Origin: a candidate division Hyd24-12 bacterium UBA5074
GTDB lineage: Bacteria > Fermentibacterota > Fermentibacteria > Fermentibacterales > Fermentibacteraceae
NCBI GenBank assembly: GCA_002414865.1
Contig: DIAQ01000033.1
Location: 26,958-90,957 of the forward strand
DNA length: 64,000 bases
Direction of reading: 5' to 3'
Shown: one piece after another, positions 48,819 to 59,247 of the stretch
How positions within the stretch are numbered: position 1 is the stretch's first letter
Layout of the letters: each line of letters starts with the position of its first letter
Notes under the pieces: generated by a model
What the model was told of the DNA's origin: nothing
Database searches by the model: none
The model's input: the letters and a program-made list of their open reading frames with translations, nothing else
Translations under genes and position numbers: made by a program

Positions 48819-50511
48819 TCTCTCCGCCAGGAGGAGGTCCGCCAGGCTCAGACTTGCATCGGCGCTGGCAGTGGCGCTGTTCGGCGTCACGATCTGCCGG
48901 ATGGCGCGGCTGCAGCTCATAGAGCACGATGCTTATGCAGCGAAGGCCGAGGCCCAGCACACGCACAGGGTGATTCTCGAGCCGCAGCGCGGGAGGATAT
49001 ACGACAGGAATGGGTTCCTCCTGGCCGGCAACCGTTCCGTAGTGTCGATAGAAGTCTACTGGCCGAACGTGCCGGTAGGCAGCGAGGCCCAGATAGACAG
49101 CCTCTGCCTGAGGCTCTCCGCGGCGGGAGCGGAGGCCAGCAGCCCGGACAGGACGGGCAGGAATCAGATCCTGGCCCGCGACATGCCTTACGAGCAGGCG
49201 CTGGGCATCATCTCCGGCCCGCTGCCGCGCGGAGTGAACTGGACCATCGGCGCCCGGAGGACCTATCCATTGGGAGACGTCGCCGCCGCGGTGATCGGCA
49301 GAGCCGGCACGGGTGGCACGGAGGGCCTCGAGAGGGAGTACGACGGCCTTCTCTCGGGCACGGCGGGCGTCCGGTTCGTTGAGCGCAGCGCCTTTCCCGG
49401 CATGAGCGTGACCGATCCCGAGGCCGACAACATCCCTCCCGTCGACGGGGCCGACCTCCGACTGACGATCGACGCCCGGTTCCAGTGCATCGTCCAGTCC
49501 GAGCTGGAGGCGGCCCTCGAGATGTCCGGCGGGAGCTGGGCCGCCGCGGTGGTCATGGATCCCGACAACGGAGACATCCTGGCCATGGGCAGCTGCCCGG
49601 TCCGCACCGACAACGGCTCGATAGACATGAACCGTTGCGTCGAGAGCATGTCGGAGCCCGGTTCGACCTTCAAGATCGTCACCCTCGCAGCATGCCTGCA
49701 GGAGAGCCTCGTGGCCCTGCAGGACTCGTTCGACTGCAGCAGGGGCATCATCGAGGTCGCTGACAGGACGATCTCCGACTGCCACACCTTCGGGACGCTC
49801 TCGGTGAGGCAGATCATCTCCAACTCGAGCAATGTCGGCACGATCCGGCTAGTCTCCCTGATCCCCGACTCGGTCTTCTTCGACTACTGCAGATCGTTCG
49901 GATTCGGCGCGCCCACGGGAATCGAGCTGCCCGGCGAGCAGTGGGGGATACTCCGGCCCCCGTCCGAGTGGTCGGGCATGTCGAAGGCGAGCATGGCGAT
50001 CGGCCAGGAGGTCGCGGTGACCCCCCTCCAGCTCGCGAGGGCGTTCTGCGTGATCGCCAACGGTGGCAGGCTCGTGCAGCCCCGGCTGGTGGAGGCGAGC
50101 AACACCAGCAGCCACTGGAGGAGCTGGGCGGTCTTCCCCACAAGCCAGGTGCTGGAAGCATCCGTGGCCGACACCATGCGATCAGTCCTCGCCACGGCGG
50201 TGGAATCAGGCACCGGGACGACGGCCGCGGTCGCCGGGGTGACCGTCGCAGGCAAGACCGGCACCGCCGAGCGGCTCGGCTTCGGACGCGGGGCATACCT
50301 CTCCGCGTTCGCCGGCATGATCCCTGCAGAGGACCCGAGGCTCGTCGCCGTGGTGATCATCGACCGCCCGGGTTACATCTACCGTTTCGGAAGCACCCTG
50401 GCAGCCCCCGTCTTCGCGCGCATGATGAGCCGCATCCTCGCCACCGAGCCGGAGCTGGCCTTCGGAGGCCGCGAGCCCGGGTCCCAGCAATCCTGGATGG
50501 CACTCCGGTGA
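48796..50511 (+). CDS. ftsI: Peptidoglycan D,D-transpeptidase FtsI (PBP3)
   Basis: STFKIVT (SxxK), SNS and KTGTA motifs. Confidence 0.88.
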   Translation: MPLLLSDDLSARRRSARLRLASALAVALFGVTICRMARLQLIEHDAYAAKAEAQHTHRVILEPQRGRIYDRNGFLLAGNRSVVSIEVYWPNVPVGSEAQIDSLCLRLSAAGAEASSPDRTGRNQILARDMPYEQALGIISGPLPRGVNWTIGARRTYPLGDVAAAVIGRAGTGGTEGLEREYDGLLSGTAGVRFVERSAFPGMSVTDPEADNIPPVDGADLRLTIDARFQCIVQSELEAALEMSGGSWAAAVVMDPDNGDILAMGSCPVRTDNGSIDMNRCVESMSEPGSTFKIVTLAACLQESLVALQDSFDCSRGIIEVADRTISDCHTFGTLSVRQIISNSSNVGTIRLVSLIPDSVFFDYCRSFGFGAPTGIELPGEQWGILRPPSEWSGMSKASMAIGQEVAVTPLQLARAFCVIANGGRLVQPRLVEASNTSSHWRSWAVFPTSQVLEASVADTMRSVLATAVESGTGTTAAVAGVTVAGKTGTAERLGFGRGAYLSAFAGMIPAEDPRLVAVVIIDRPGYIYRFGSTLAAPVFARMMSRILATEPELAFGGREPGSQQSWMALR

Positions 50512-51947
50512 GGCTCGGCGAACTCCTCGGACCCAGCTGCGTGCCTGTTCCGGAGGGTCTCGCCGGCCTGGAGGTCACGGGGCTGGAGAACGACTCCCGG
50601 AGGGTGGCCCCGGGATTCCTCTTCGTGGCCGTGAGGGGATTCACCGAAGACGGGCACGCATATGCGGCCCGGGCCATCGAGGCAGGCGCGTCGGCGGTGC
50701 TGGCCGAGCGCCCCCTCGAGATGCCGTCGTGCATCGTCAATCCCCGCGGAGACAACAGGAGGCTCCTGGGCGAGATCGCCGCCAGGTTCTACGGCAGGCC
50801 CTGGGAGAGCCTCGTCGTGGTCGGCGTGACGGGCACGAACGGGAAGACCTCCACAGCCCACATGATCAGATGGATGCTGGAGCGGCAGGGCCTCAGGTGC
50901 GGACTGCTGGGGACGGTCGGGCATATCGTGGCCGGCAGGGAGGTGGCCGCGTCCGAGACCACTCCCGATGCCCTCGCCCTCGCCCGCCTGTTTTCCGGGA
51001 TGGCGGAGGGCGGCGACGCCGCGGCGGTCATGGAGGTTTCCAGCCACGCCCTGGCTCTCTCGCGGGTCGAGGAGATCCGTTTCGACGCCGCGGTCTTCAC
51101 GAACATCACGCAGGACCATCTCGACTTCCACTCCTCGATGGACGGATACCTCCGCGCCAAGATGCACCTGCTCGACCTGCTCAAGCCTTCCGGGAAGGCG
51201 GTATTCGGGACCTACGCGCCGGGATGGCCCGAGGTATCCGGGGCGGTGACCTTCGGGACCTCGCCGGGAAGCGCCTTCAGGATCTGCGGACTCACCTGCG
51301 ATCCTTCCGGGATCTCGTTTGACATCCAGCACGAGGGGGATTCGGCCAGGGTATCCATGGCCACGCCCGCGAGGGTGAATGCCTACAATTCGGCAGGGGC
51401 CATTGCCGCCTGCGTGACGCTGGGGCTTCCGATGGCGGAGTGCGCCGCCGCTCTCGCCGGTTTCCCGGGAGTGCCGGGAAGGCTCGAGATCATCGGGAAC
51501 GACCGGGGATTCCTGGTCGCCGTCGACTATGCCCATACGCCCGACGCCCTCGAGCGCGTTCTGCGGCAGGCCAGGGAGTTCACGAGGAACAGGCTGGCCG
51601 TCGTATTCGGAGCCGGCGGCGACAGGGACAGGGCCAAGAGGCCCAGGATGGGAGCCATTGCCGCGCGTCTCGCCGACAGGGTCGTGGTCACGAGCGACAA
51701 TCCGCGCACGGAGGATCCTCTCTCGATCATCGGGGAGATACTCGCCGGAATCCCGTCGGGATGCGGCACGGTCTCCGTGGAGTCCGACAGGAGGAAGGCC
51801 ATCCGCATGGCGGTTGAGGGCTCACTCCCCGGCGACGTCGTGATCATCGCCGGCAAGGGGCACGAGGACTACCAGATAGTCGGGCACACCCGTTCGCACT
51901 TCGATGACAGGGAAGAAGCCAGGGCCGCGCTGGAGGCCGGGTCATGA
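50508..51947 (+). CDS. murE: UDP-N-acetylmuramoyl-L-alanyl-D-glutamate--2,6-diaminopimelate ligase
   Basis: GTG overlaps the ftsI stop. GVTGTNGKTST P-loop. DNPR motif (VVVTSDNPRTEDP). Confidence 0.88.
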   Translation: MRLGELLGPSCVPVPEGLAGLEVTGLENDSRRVAPGFLFVAVRGFTEDGHAYAARAIEAGASAVLAERPLEMPSCIVNPRGDNRRLLGEIAARFYGRPWESLVVVGVTGTNGKTSTAHMIRWMLERQGLRCGLLGTVGHIVAGREVAASETTPDALALARLFSGMAEGGDAAAVMEVSSHALALSRVEEIRFDAAVFTNITQDHLDFHSSMDGYLRAKMHLLDLLKPSGKAVFGTYAPGWPEVSGAVTFGTSPGSAFRICGLTCDPSGISFDIQHEGDSARVSMATPARVNAYNSAGAIAACVTLGLPMAECAAALAGFPGVPGRLEIIGNDRGFLVAVDYAHTPDALERVLRQAREFTRNRLAVVFGAGGDRDRAKRPRMGAIAARLADRVVVTSDNPRTEDPLSIIGEILAGIPSGCGTVSVESDRRKAIRMAVEGSLPGDVVIIAGKGHEDYQIVGHTRSHFDDREEARAALEAGS

Positions 51948-53275
51948 ACTTCACCCTCGGCGACCTCGCGCTTTTTTCCGGCGGGGTCATGAGCGGGTCC
52001 GACAGGGCTCTCTCGCAGGCGGTGACGGACTCCAGGAAGGCTTTTCCCGGCTCGGTGTTCTTCGCTCTGAGAGGCTCGAGGGCGGACGGGCACGAGTTCG
52101 TCTCCGGAGCGCTCGCCCTGGGAGCCGCAGCCGTGGTCTCACGCGGGGAGGCTCTCGAAGGCACCGTGCGCGTCGCCTCTGTGGAGAAGGCCCTGCTCGA
52201 CTGCGCCTCCGGCATGCGCTCCAGGATGGAGTTCCCGGTGGTGGCCGTGACAGGATCGAGCGGGAAGACCACCACGCGCGAGATGATCCGCCTGGCCCTC
52301 TCGCCTCGCTACAGGGCCGGCGCCAGCCCGGGGAATCTCAACAACTCCATCGGGCTTCCGCTCTCGCTGCTGAACCTGGACCCGTCCTGCGACGCCGCCG
52401 TTGTCGAGCTGGGCATGAACGCCCCGGGCGAGTTGACCCTGCTGGGCGGGATCGCGCGTCCGGACGTCACGGTGATAACCAACATCGGCACAGCCCACAT
52501 CGAGTTCCTCGGATCAAGGGAGGGCATCGCCGCGGCCAAGGCGGAGCTCCTGGCGCAGACGGCGGAGGGCGGTCTCTGTGTGATACCTTCCGGCGAGCCG
52601 CTGCTCGATGAAGCGGCCGCCTCGAGAGGTCTCAGGATCCTGAGGCACGGGCCCGGCGGAGACGCCTGGCTGGATTCCTCGGGCCCGGTCCCTGTGGCGA
52701 TGCCGTGGGGGCTCCCTGTGCGGCTGCGGATGCCGGGTCTCCACAATTGCGGGAACGCAGTCTGTGCAGCTCTGACCGCATCGGGGCTGGGAATCCCGGC
52801 CGGCCGGGCCCTCGAGGCCTTGAGCTCTCTGGAGCCCTTGGAAGGCAGGGGGAGCGTCTTCGAGGCAGGCCGGTTCAGGGTGATAGACGAGAGCTACAAC
52901 GCCAATCCCGAATCCATGCGAGCCTGCCTGTCCACGCTCGCCGGGATGCCAGGGAACAAGGCCGCGGTCCTTGGGGACATGCTGGAGCTGGGCCCGCGCT
53001 CAGCGGCAGAGCACGAGGAGCTTCTGCGCTCGGCGGACCTACTCGGCCTGACAGCCCTCGTGCTGGTGGGCGACGGCATGGCGTCGGCCTCCCCTGCGGC
53101 ATCCAGGACCAGGGTCCTGCTCGCGCACGACTGGCAGGGCGCCCTGGAGCAGCTCGGAAGGATCGGAGGCGAGCTGACGCTGCTCGTGAAGGGCAGCCAT
53201 TCCATCGGGCTCGAGAGCCTTGTCGAGGCTCTGCGGACGGAGGGGAAATGCTGTACTGGCTGCTGTATCCGCTGA
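51944..53275 (+). CDS. murF: UDP-N-acetylmuramoyl-tripeptide--D-alanyl-D-alanine ligase
   Basis: VAVTGSSGKTTTREM P-loop. Mur ligase family. Confidence 0.88.
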   Translation: MNFTLGDLALFSGGVMSGSDRALSQAVTDSRKAFPGSVFFALRGSRADGHEFVSGALALGAAAVVSRGEALEGTVRVASVEKALLDCASGMRSRMEFPVVAVTGSSGKTTTREMIRLALSPRYRAGASPGNLNNSIGLPLSLLNLDPSCDAAVVELGMNAPGELTLLGGIARPDVTVITNIGTAHIEFLGSREGIAAAKAELLAQTAEGGLCVIPSGEPLLDEAAASRGLRILRHGPGGDAWLDSSGPVPVAMPWGLPVRLRMPGLHNCGNAVCAALTASGLGIPAGRALEALSSLEPLEGRGSVFEAGRFRVIDESYNANPESMRACLSTLAGMPGNKAAVLGDMLELGPRSAAEHEELLRSADLLGLTALVLVGDGMASASPAASRTRVLLAHDWQGALEQLGRIGGELTLLVKGSHSIGLESLVEALRTEGKCCTGCCIR

Positions 53276-54402
53276 GGGACAGCATCTCTCTATTCAACCT
53301 GTTCGGGTACATCACCTTCAGGGCAGCCTATGCGACAGTTACCGCCCTGCTGATAGCGTTCTTCATCGGCCCCGTCATCATCAGGTTCCTCAGGAAGAGG
53401 CAGATCGGGCAGCACGAGAGAAGCGACGGCCCCGGCACCCATCTCGTCAAGGAGGGCACTCCCACGATGGGAGGGCTGATCATCCTGCTCTCGGTGATCG
53501 TGCCCACCCTCCTCTGGGGCAGGCTCGACAACCAGTACCTGCTGCTCGTGCTCGTGAGCACCGTTTGGATGGGCCTCATAGGGCTCCTGGACGACTATCT
53601 GAAGGTCATGAGACACTGCTCGAAGGGTCTCATCGGGAGATACAAGCTGATAGGACAGTTCGCACTCGGCCTCGCTGTCGGCTGCTGGCTGTACTTCGCG
53701 CCGCTCGCGGGGAACGCCTCGCCCGGACCCGGTGTCGCCCCGGGCATCCACACCGTGGACCTCGAGCAGGGCGAGACCTCGATCTCCCCGAGCGAGACGA
53801 CGGTGCCGTTCGTGAAGCAGGCTCGGATCGACTTCGGCATCCTCTACATCGCCTTCGTGGCCCTGGTGCTGGCCGGTACCTCGAATGCGGTCAACCTCAC
53901 CGACGGCCTGGACGGGCTCGCCACGGGGACGAGCCTGGTCTCCATCATGACATTCGGAGTGATGGCCTACCTGCTGGGGAATGCGCGTTTCGCGTCCTAT
54001 CTGCAGTTCCCGTTCCTGCTGGGGGCGGGGGAGCTCGCCGTGTTCGCCGGGGCCGCCGCAGGGGCGTGCCTCGGATTCCTCTGGTTCAATGCGCCTCCCG
54101 CATCGGTCTTCATGGGCGATACGGGGTCGCTGGCGCTCGGCGGCGCCATCGGGGCTCTGGCCGTGGCGACCAAGAGCGAGCTCCTGCTGGCGATCGTGGG
54201 CGGGATCTTCGTGATCGAGGTGCTGAGCGTGACGATCCAGGTGGGCCACTTCAGGCGCACCGGGCGCCGCATCTTCAGGATGGCCCCCATCCACCATCAT
54301 TTCGAGCTCCTCGGATGGTCCGAGAGCAAGGTCGTCATAAGGTTCTGGATCGTGGCCGCTCTGCTCGGACTGCTCGGGCTGAGCACGCTCAAGATCCGAT
54401 AG
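53248..54402 (+). CDS. mraY: Phospho-N-acetylmuramoyl-pentapeptide-transferase
   Basis: Conserved MraY motifs (NAVNLTDGLDGLA, FMGDTGSLALGG). Confidence 0.88.
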   Translation: MLYWLLYPLRDSISLFNLFGYITFRAAYATVTALLIAFFIGPVIIRFLRKRQIGQHERSDGPGTHLVKEGTPTMGGLIILLSVIVPTLLWGRLDNQYLLLVLVSTVWMGLIGLLDDYLKVMRHCSKGLIGRYKLIGQFALGLAVGCWLYFAPLAGNASPGPGVAPGIHTVDLEQGETSISPSETTVPFVKQARIDFGILYIAFVALVLAGTSNAVNLTDGLDGLATGTSLVSIMTFGVMAYLLGNARFASYLQFPFLLGAGELAVFAGAAAGACLGFLWFNAPPASVFMGDTGSLALGGAIGALAVATKSELLLAIVGGIFVIEVLSVTIQVGHFRRTGRRIFRMAPIHHHFELLGWSESKVVIRFWIVAALLGLLGLSTLKIR

Positions 54403-54411
54403 GAAGAAGCG

Positions 54412-55755
54412 ATGCCTCGATACTGGACCGAGGGGGAGGGCAGGAGGGTCGGAGTCGCCGGGCTCGGGAAGAGCGGCAGGGCGGCGGCACGCCTCCTCGC
54501 CGGGAAAGGCTTCACCGTCATCGGATACGACGACAACCCCGCTGTCGAGCCCTGCGAGTGCTGCTCGGAGAACTACATCGGGGGAGGCGGCTTCGAAGCG
54601 CTCCCGACCCTCGAGGGGATAGTCCTCTCGCCGGGGATCGGCCCTTCGGCTCCCATCCCGGCGGCCGCGGCCGCGGCGGGGCTCCCCGTCATAGGCGAGA
54701 TCGAGCTGGCGTTCCGCAACACCCAGGTCCCGATCCTCGCGGTCACCGGATCCAACGGGAAGACCACAACGGCCGAATGGACAGGCTTCATCCTGAGGAA
54801 GGCCGGCCTGCGGGCGGTGGTCGCGGGGAACGTCGGCTACCCCTTCACAGCGGCGGTGCTCGATCATCCCAGCCTGGACTGGTTCGTGCTGGAGGTCAGC
54901 AGCTACCAGCTGGAGACCATCGACAAGTTCAGGCCCGCCGGAGCGGCGGTGCTCAACCTGACCCCCGACCACCTCCAGCGGCACGGGAACATGGAGGGCT
55001 ATCGGAACGCCAAGGCCCGCATCTTCATGAATCAGCACTCCGAGGATCTGGCAATCCTGAACGCGGATGACCCGGAATCGGCTCCGCTCCTCGGGCTGGC
55101 CCGCGGCATCGAAGGGCTCTTCAGCCTGTCGAGGAGCGTGGAGACCGGCGCATTCCTGGAGGACGGGCAGATCATCCAGGCCTGGGGAGGGGAGAGGACG
55201 GCGCTGCTCCCGGCATCGGGGATCTCCATCCCGGGACTGCACAACGTCGCCAACGCCCTCGCGTCGATCTGCCTCGCGGCGCGCACGGGGATCCCGGGCT
55301 CCGCGATGCTCGAAGGCCTGAAGACATTCCCAGGGGTGGCGCACAGGATAGAGCGGATCAGGTCCCTGGGCGGCGTCGAGTGGGTGAACGACTCCAAGTC
55401 GACCAATCAGGACTCTCTCAGAGTGGCGCTCGAGAGCTTCGGTGCGAGAGTCATCCTCATCGCCGGGGGGCTCTCAAAGGGCACCGACTACGGCTCGCTC
55501 AGGGCGCTGGTAGCTGAGAAGGTGCGGCATCTGGTGCTCATCGGGAGCGCTGCGGAGGAACTCGCCGAAGCCTGGGAAGGAGCCGCTCCCGTGACGCGCG
55601 CCGGAGACCTCGCCAGGGCGGTGGGAGTCTGCCGCGAGCTGGCCGGTCCAGGAGACACCGTGCTCCTCTCTCCCGCCTGCGCCAGCTTCGACCAGTACAG
55701 GAACTTCGAGGAGCGTGGAGATCACTTCCGCAGGCTCGTGGAGGAGCTTTCCTGA
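54412..55755 (+). CDS. murD: UDP-N-acetylmuramoylalanine--D-glutamate ligase
   Basis: GLGKSGRAAARLL Rossmann start. VTGSNGKTTT P-loop. Confidence 0.88.
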   Translation: MPRYWTEGEGRRVGVAGLGKSGRAAARLLAGKGFTVIGYDDNPAVEPCECCSENYIGGGGFEALPTLEGIVLSPGIGPSAPIPAAAAAAGLPVIGEIELAFRNTQVPILAVTGSNGKTTTAEWTGFILRKAGLRAVVAGNVGYPFTAAVLDHPSLDWFVLEVSSYQLETIDKFRPAGAAVLNLTPDHLQRHGNMEGYRNAKARIFMNQHSEDLAILNADDPESAPLLGLARGIEGLFSLSRSVETGAFLEDGQIIQAWGGERTALLPASGISIPGLHNVANALASICLAARTGIPGSAMLEGLKTFPGVAHRIERIRSLGGVEWVNDSKSTNQDSLRVALESFGARVILIAGGLSKGTDYGSLRALVAEKVRHLVLIGSAAEELAEAWEGAAPVTRAGDLARAVGVCRELAGPGDTVLLSPACASFDQYRNFEERGDHFRRLVEELS

Positions 55756-56858
55756 TGCGGATCCGGGTGAGCTCCGACGGGCGCGCGCTGATCTTCCTCA
55801 CGGCGGGCCTGCTCGTGGCCGGGGCGATGGCGGTGCTCTCCGCCAGCTCGTTCGCGGCCATGAAGACCTTCGGGAACACCCATCAGTACTTCGTCGGGCA
55901 CCTCGTCAGGGTCCTGATCGGCATACTCTGCGCCCTTGCAGCCTGGAGGATCCCCCTCTCGGCGTGGAGGCTCGTCTCGGTCCCGCTCTATCTGGTCTCG
56001 GTCCTGCTAGTGCTCCTGACCGCCATACCGGGCTTCCCGCTCGCCCCGGCGGTGAACGGGTCGAGCCGCTGGCTGGTCCTGGGTTCCTTCAGGATCATGC
56101 CGTCCGACCTCGTCAGGTTCTCGTACATCCTGATGATATCTACACTCACTGCAAGAGGTTTCATTGCGCCGAGGAAGTTCTCAGGCGTCCTCTTCACGGC
56201 CGGTACCGCCCTGCTCCCGGCAGCCCTGGTGATACTGCAGCCCGACTTCGCGGGAGCCGCCTACCTGCTCGTCATGATGGTGGTGATGCTGTACTTCGCC
56301 GAGTCCAGATTCAGGCACATGGCGGTCCTGTTCGTCGCTCTCGCCTGCCTCGGAGCCGCCTTCGTCCTGACCTCGGGATACAGGGTCGAGCGAGTCCGTG
56401 GCTGGCTGGACCAGGAGGCCGGCATCCAGGAGGAGAATTTCCAGCCGCAGCAGGCCTGCATTGCGATAGGCAGCGGAGGCCTCCTGGGGAGGGGGCTCGG
56501 CAGGGGGAGGCAGCAGAGGGGCTTCCTGCCCGAGGCATTCTCTGATTTCATCCTCGCGGTGATCGGCGAGGAGACCGGGTTCGTCGGGACCACGGTCCTG
56601 ATATCAGCCTTCATCGCCCTCGCTCTGCTGGGATGGAGGATCGCCGAAAGGGCTGATGACACCTTCGGCTCGCTGGCCGCGGCGGGGCTGACCGCTTCCA
56701 TCGCCATCGGAGCCCTGCTCAACATCGGTGTTGCCACGAGGCTCCTCCCAACCACGGGGATGACTCTCCCGCTGATCTCGTGGGGCGGCACGAGCATCTT
56801 CATGACGCTTGCCGGGATCGGCGTGATCGCCAGGATCTCGGGGGGCAAGGCGTCGTGA
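55755..56858 (+). CDS. ftsW: Peptidoglycan glycosyltransferase FtsW (SEDS family)
   Basis: Polytopic SEDS protein in the dcw position. ATGA overlap with murD. Confidence 0.85.
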   Translation: MRIRVSSDGRALIFLTAGLLVAGAMAVLSASSFAAMKTFGNTHQYFVGHLVRVLIGILCALAAWRIPLSAWRLVSVPLYLVSVLLVLLTAIPGFPLAPAVNGSSRWLVLGSFRIMPSDLVRFSYILMISTLTARGFIAPRKFSGVLFTAGTALLPAALVILQPDFAGAAYLLVMMVVMLYFAESRFRHMAVLFVALACLGAAFVLTSGYRVERVRGWLDQEAGIQEENFQPQQACIAIGSGGLLGRGLGRGRQQRGFLPEAFSDFILAVIGEETGFVGTTVLISAFIALALLGWRIAERADDTFGSLAAAGLTASIAIGALLNIGVATRLLPTTGMTLPLISWGGTSIFMTLAGIGVIARISGGKAS

Positions 56859-57934
56859 GGCTTCTGCTGGCGGGAGGGGGCACGGGAGGGCACATAGCGC
56901 CCGCGCTGGCCGTGGCGGAGGCCCTCGAGAGGGACTTCCCGGGCGTGGAGATACTCTTCGCAGCGACGCCGAGGCCGGTCGATGCGGCCATGTACGCAGC
57001 GCAGGCCTCGAGGCTCAGGATCCTCGATCCCCCGAGGCTTGATGGAGGCATGGCGGCCAAGCTTCTCCTGCCCCTGAGGGCCTCGTCCGCCCTCTCGGCG
57101 GCGCACAGAGTGGTCTCCGGCTTCCGCCCCGACGCCGTCCTCGCCACAGGAGGTTACTCGTCTTTCTTCTGCGTCCTGGCGGGATGGCTGGACGGGGTGC
57201 CCGTCCTGGTCCACGAATCGAACGCCGTGCCCGGGATGGCCAATCGCAGGGCCGCCCGCTTCGCGCGGAAGGCGCTCGTCGGATTCGAATCGGCTTCGAG
57301 CGCCTTCGGGCGCAAGGCGATTTTCACGGGCAATCCTGTCAGGCCCTCGCTGGTGCCGGTCGATGCCGGCGCGGCCAGGGCTTCCATGGGCCTGGACCCG
57401 GCCGTTCCCGTGGTCCTCGTGCTGGGAGGCAGCCAGGGGGCTTCCGCCCTGAACGACCTGGCCCTCGCAGGTGCGGGGGGCGAGGTCCAGATAATCCTCC
57501 AGTGCGGCGAGCGGGATGCAGCGAGGGTCTCGACCCGGTCATCCGGTCTCGGCTCCTTCGTCGTGACGCCGTTCGCGACCGATCCCGCCCCGCTCTACTC
57601 GGCCGCCGATTTCTGCGTCGCGCGCGCCGGTGCGATGACGATCGCCGAACTCTCGAGGTTCGGGCTGCCCTGCATCCTGGTCCCGTACCCCCACGCCGCG
57701 GGCGACCACCAGACTGCAAACGCCGCCGAAGTCGAACGGGCGGGCGGCGGCCTGCTCCGGCCCGAAGCCTCCCTGGACGCCGTGGCGCTCTGGGCGGAGA
57801 TAGGCTCGATCATTTCGGACCGCGGCAGACTGGCTTCGATGTCCTCGGCCATGAAGGCGATGTCTCCCGGCGACCCGGCCGGACTCGTCGCGAAGCTCCT
57901 GGTCGGAGAGGCGGGAGGTTCCCCGAAGTCATGA
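56855..57934 (+). CDS. murG: UDP-N-acetylglucosamine--N-acetylmuramyl-(pentapeptide) pyrophosphoryl-undecaprenol GlcNAc transferase
   Basis: GTG overlaps the ftsW stop. LLLAGGGTGGHIAPALAVAEAL is the MurG start. Confidence 0.88.
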   Translation: MRLLLAGGGTGGHIAPALAVAEALERDFPGVEILFAATPRPVDAAMYAAQASRLRILDPPRLDGGMAAKLLLPLRASSALSAAHRVVSGFRPDAVLATGGYSSFFCVLAGWLDGVPVLVHESNAVPGMANRRAARFARKALVGFESASSAFGRKAIFTGNPVRPSLVPVDAGAARASMGLDPAVPVVLVLGGSQGASALNDLALAGAGGEVQIILQCGERDAARVSTRSSGLGSFVVTPFATDPAPLYSAADFCVARAGAMTIAELSRFGLPCILVPYPHAAGDHQTANAAEVERAGGGLLRPEASLDAVALWAEIGSIISDRGRLASMSSAMKAMSPGDPAGLVAKLLVGEAGGSPKS

Positions 57935-59247
57935 GAGCTCATCTGGTGGGCATTTCGGGAAGCGGCATGAGCGGCCTCGCAGCGTGGCTCGCCGCTCTGG
58001 GATGGGAAGTCGACGGCTGCGACAGGAGCCCGGGAGGCGACAGGCATCTCGCGGAGCTCGGGATAGAAGTGGAGAGGGGCCACTCCTCCGGGCACGTCGA
58101 GGGCGCCTCGCTGGTCATCCATTCGGCTGCGGTCGACACGGGCTGTGCAGAGCTGGAGAGCGCCAGGAAGCTGGGCGCCAGGGTTCTGAGGAGGGGGGAG
58201 GCCCTCGCAGATCTCTGCGCCGGGAGGCGGGTGCTCGCGGTGGCGGGGGCGCACGGCAAGACCACCACCACGGCGATCACAGGCTGGATACTCCAGCAGC
58301 TCGGCCTCGACCCGCTGGTCCTCGCCGGAGGACGGGTCAGGGGCTGGCAGGGCGGCTTCAGAATGGGCTCCGGGGTGGCCGTGATCGAGGCGGACGAATA
58401 CGACAGGGCCTTCCTGAGGCTGCCGCACGAGCTGGCCGCAGTCACCTCCTACGACCTCGAGCACCTCGAGTGCTACGGCGGGCCCGACCAGTTGCACACC
58501 GCATTCCAGATCTTCCTGGAGCTGACAGCTCCCGGAGGTTCCGTAGTCGTGCCTGTCGAGAACAGGGACCTGGCGCACTGGGCTGCGAGGATCGGCAGGA
58601 GGGTGCTGACAGCAGGTCCCGGAGGCGACTGCGACTGCAGGAGCAGGGGCGCTTCCAGCTGGGGAGAGGTCTTCGACGCAGGCGGCGCCACAGGTCTGCT
58701 CCCCGTCCCAGGCCTCCAGAATCTCAGGAACCTGTCCACCGCCATGGCCGCGCTCTCCGCCCTCGGCGTGGGGACGAAGGAGGCCGCGGCCGCGGTCAGG
58801 GGCTTCCCGGGCGTGGGACGCAGGCTGGAGCGGCTGGGAAGGTTCGCCGGGCGGTTGATAATCTCCGACTACGCCCACCATCCCGCCGAGATGACCGCAT
58901 CCCTCGAGGCGCTGCGAAGAGCCTGCGGCGGAGAGAGTCTGGCAGTTGTGTTCGAGCCCCATCTCTACTCCCGCACCGCGAGGCTTGCCGGCGAGATGGG
59001 GACCGCGCTCGGTCTCGCCGACTCCAGCGCCGTGCTCCCGGTCTTCGGCGCCCGCGAGGAGCCGCTCGCGGGGGTCGACAGCTCTCTCGTCGTATCAGCC
59101 GCGAGGAGGGCCGGGGCCGAATGCTCCGCCTGCCCTCCGGAGGAGGTTCCCGGATTCGTGAGATCCGTCAGCGCCGGAGTCGTCGTCTTCATGGGAGCGG
59201 GGAACAGCGATTCGATCGCCAGGTCCCTGCCGCTGGAGCCCCTGTGA
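57931..59247 (+). CDS. murC: UDP-N-acetylmuramate--L-alanine ligase
   Basis: HLVGISGSGMSGLA and VAGAHGKTTTTA P-loop. Confidence 0.88.
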   Translation: MRAHLVGISGSGMSGLAAWLAALGWEVDGCDRSPGGDRHLAELGIEVERGHSSGHVEGASLVIHSAAVDTGCAELESARKLGARVLRRGEALADLCAGRRVLAVAGAHGKTTTTAITGWILQQLGLDPLVLAGGRVRGWQGGFRMGSGVAVIEADEYDRAFLRLPHELAAVTSYDLEHLECYGGPDQLHTAFQIFLELTAPGGSVVVPVENRDLAHWAARIGRRVLTAGPGGDCDCRSRGASSWGEVFDAGGATGLLPVPGLQNLRNLSTAMAALSALGVGTKEAAAAVRGFPGVGRRLERLGRFAGRLIISDYAHHPAEMTASLEALRRACGGESLAVVFEPHLYSRTARLAGEMGTALGLADSSAVLPVFGAREEPLAGVDSSLVVSAARRAGAECSACPPEEVPGFVRSVSAGVVVFMGAGNSDSIARSLPLEPL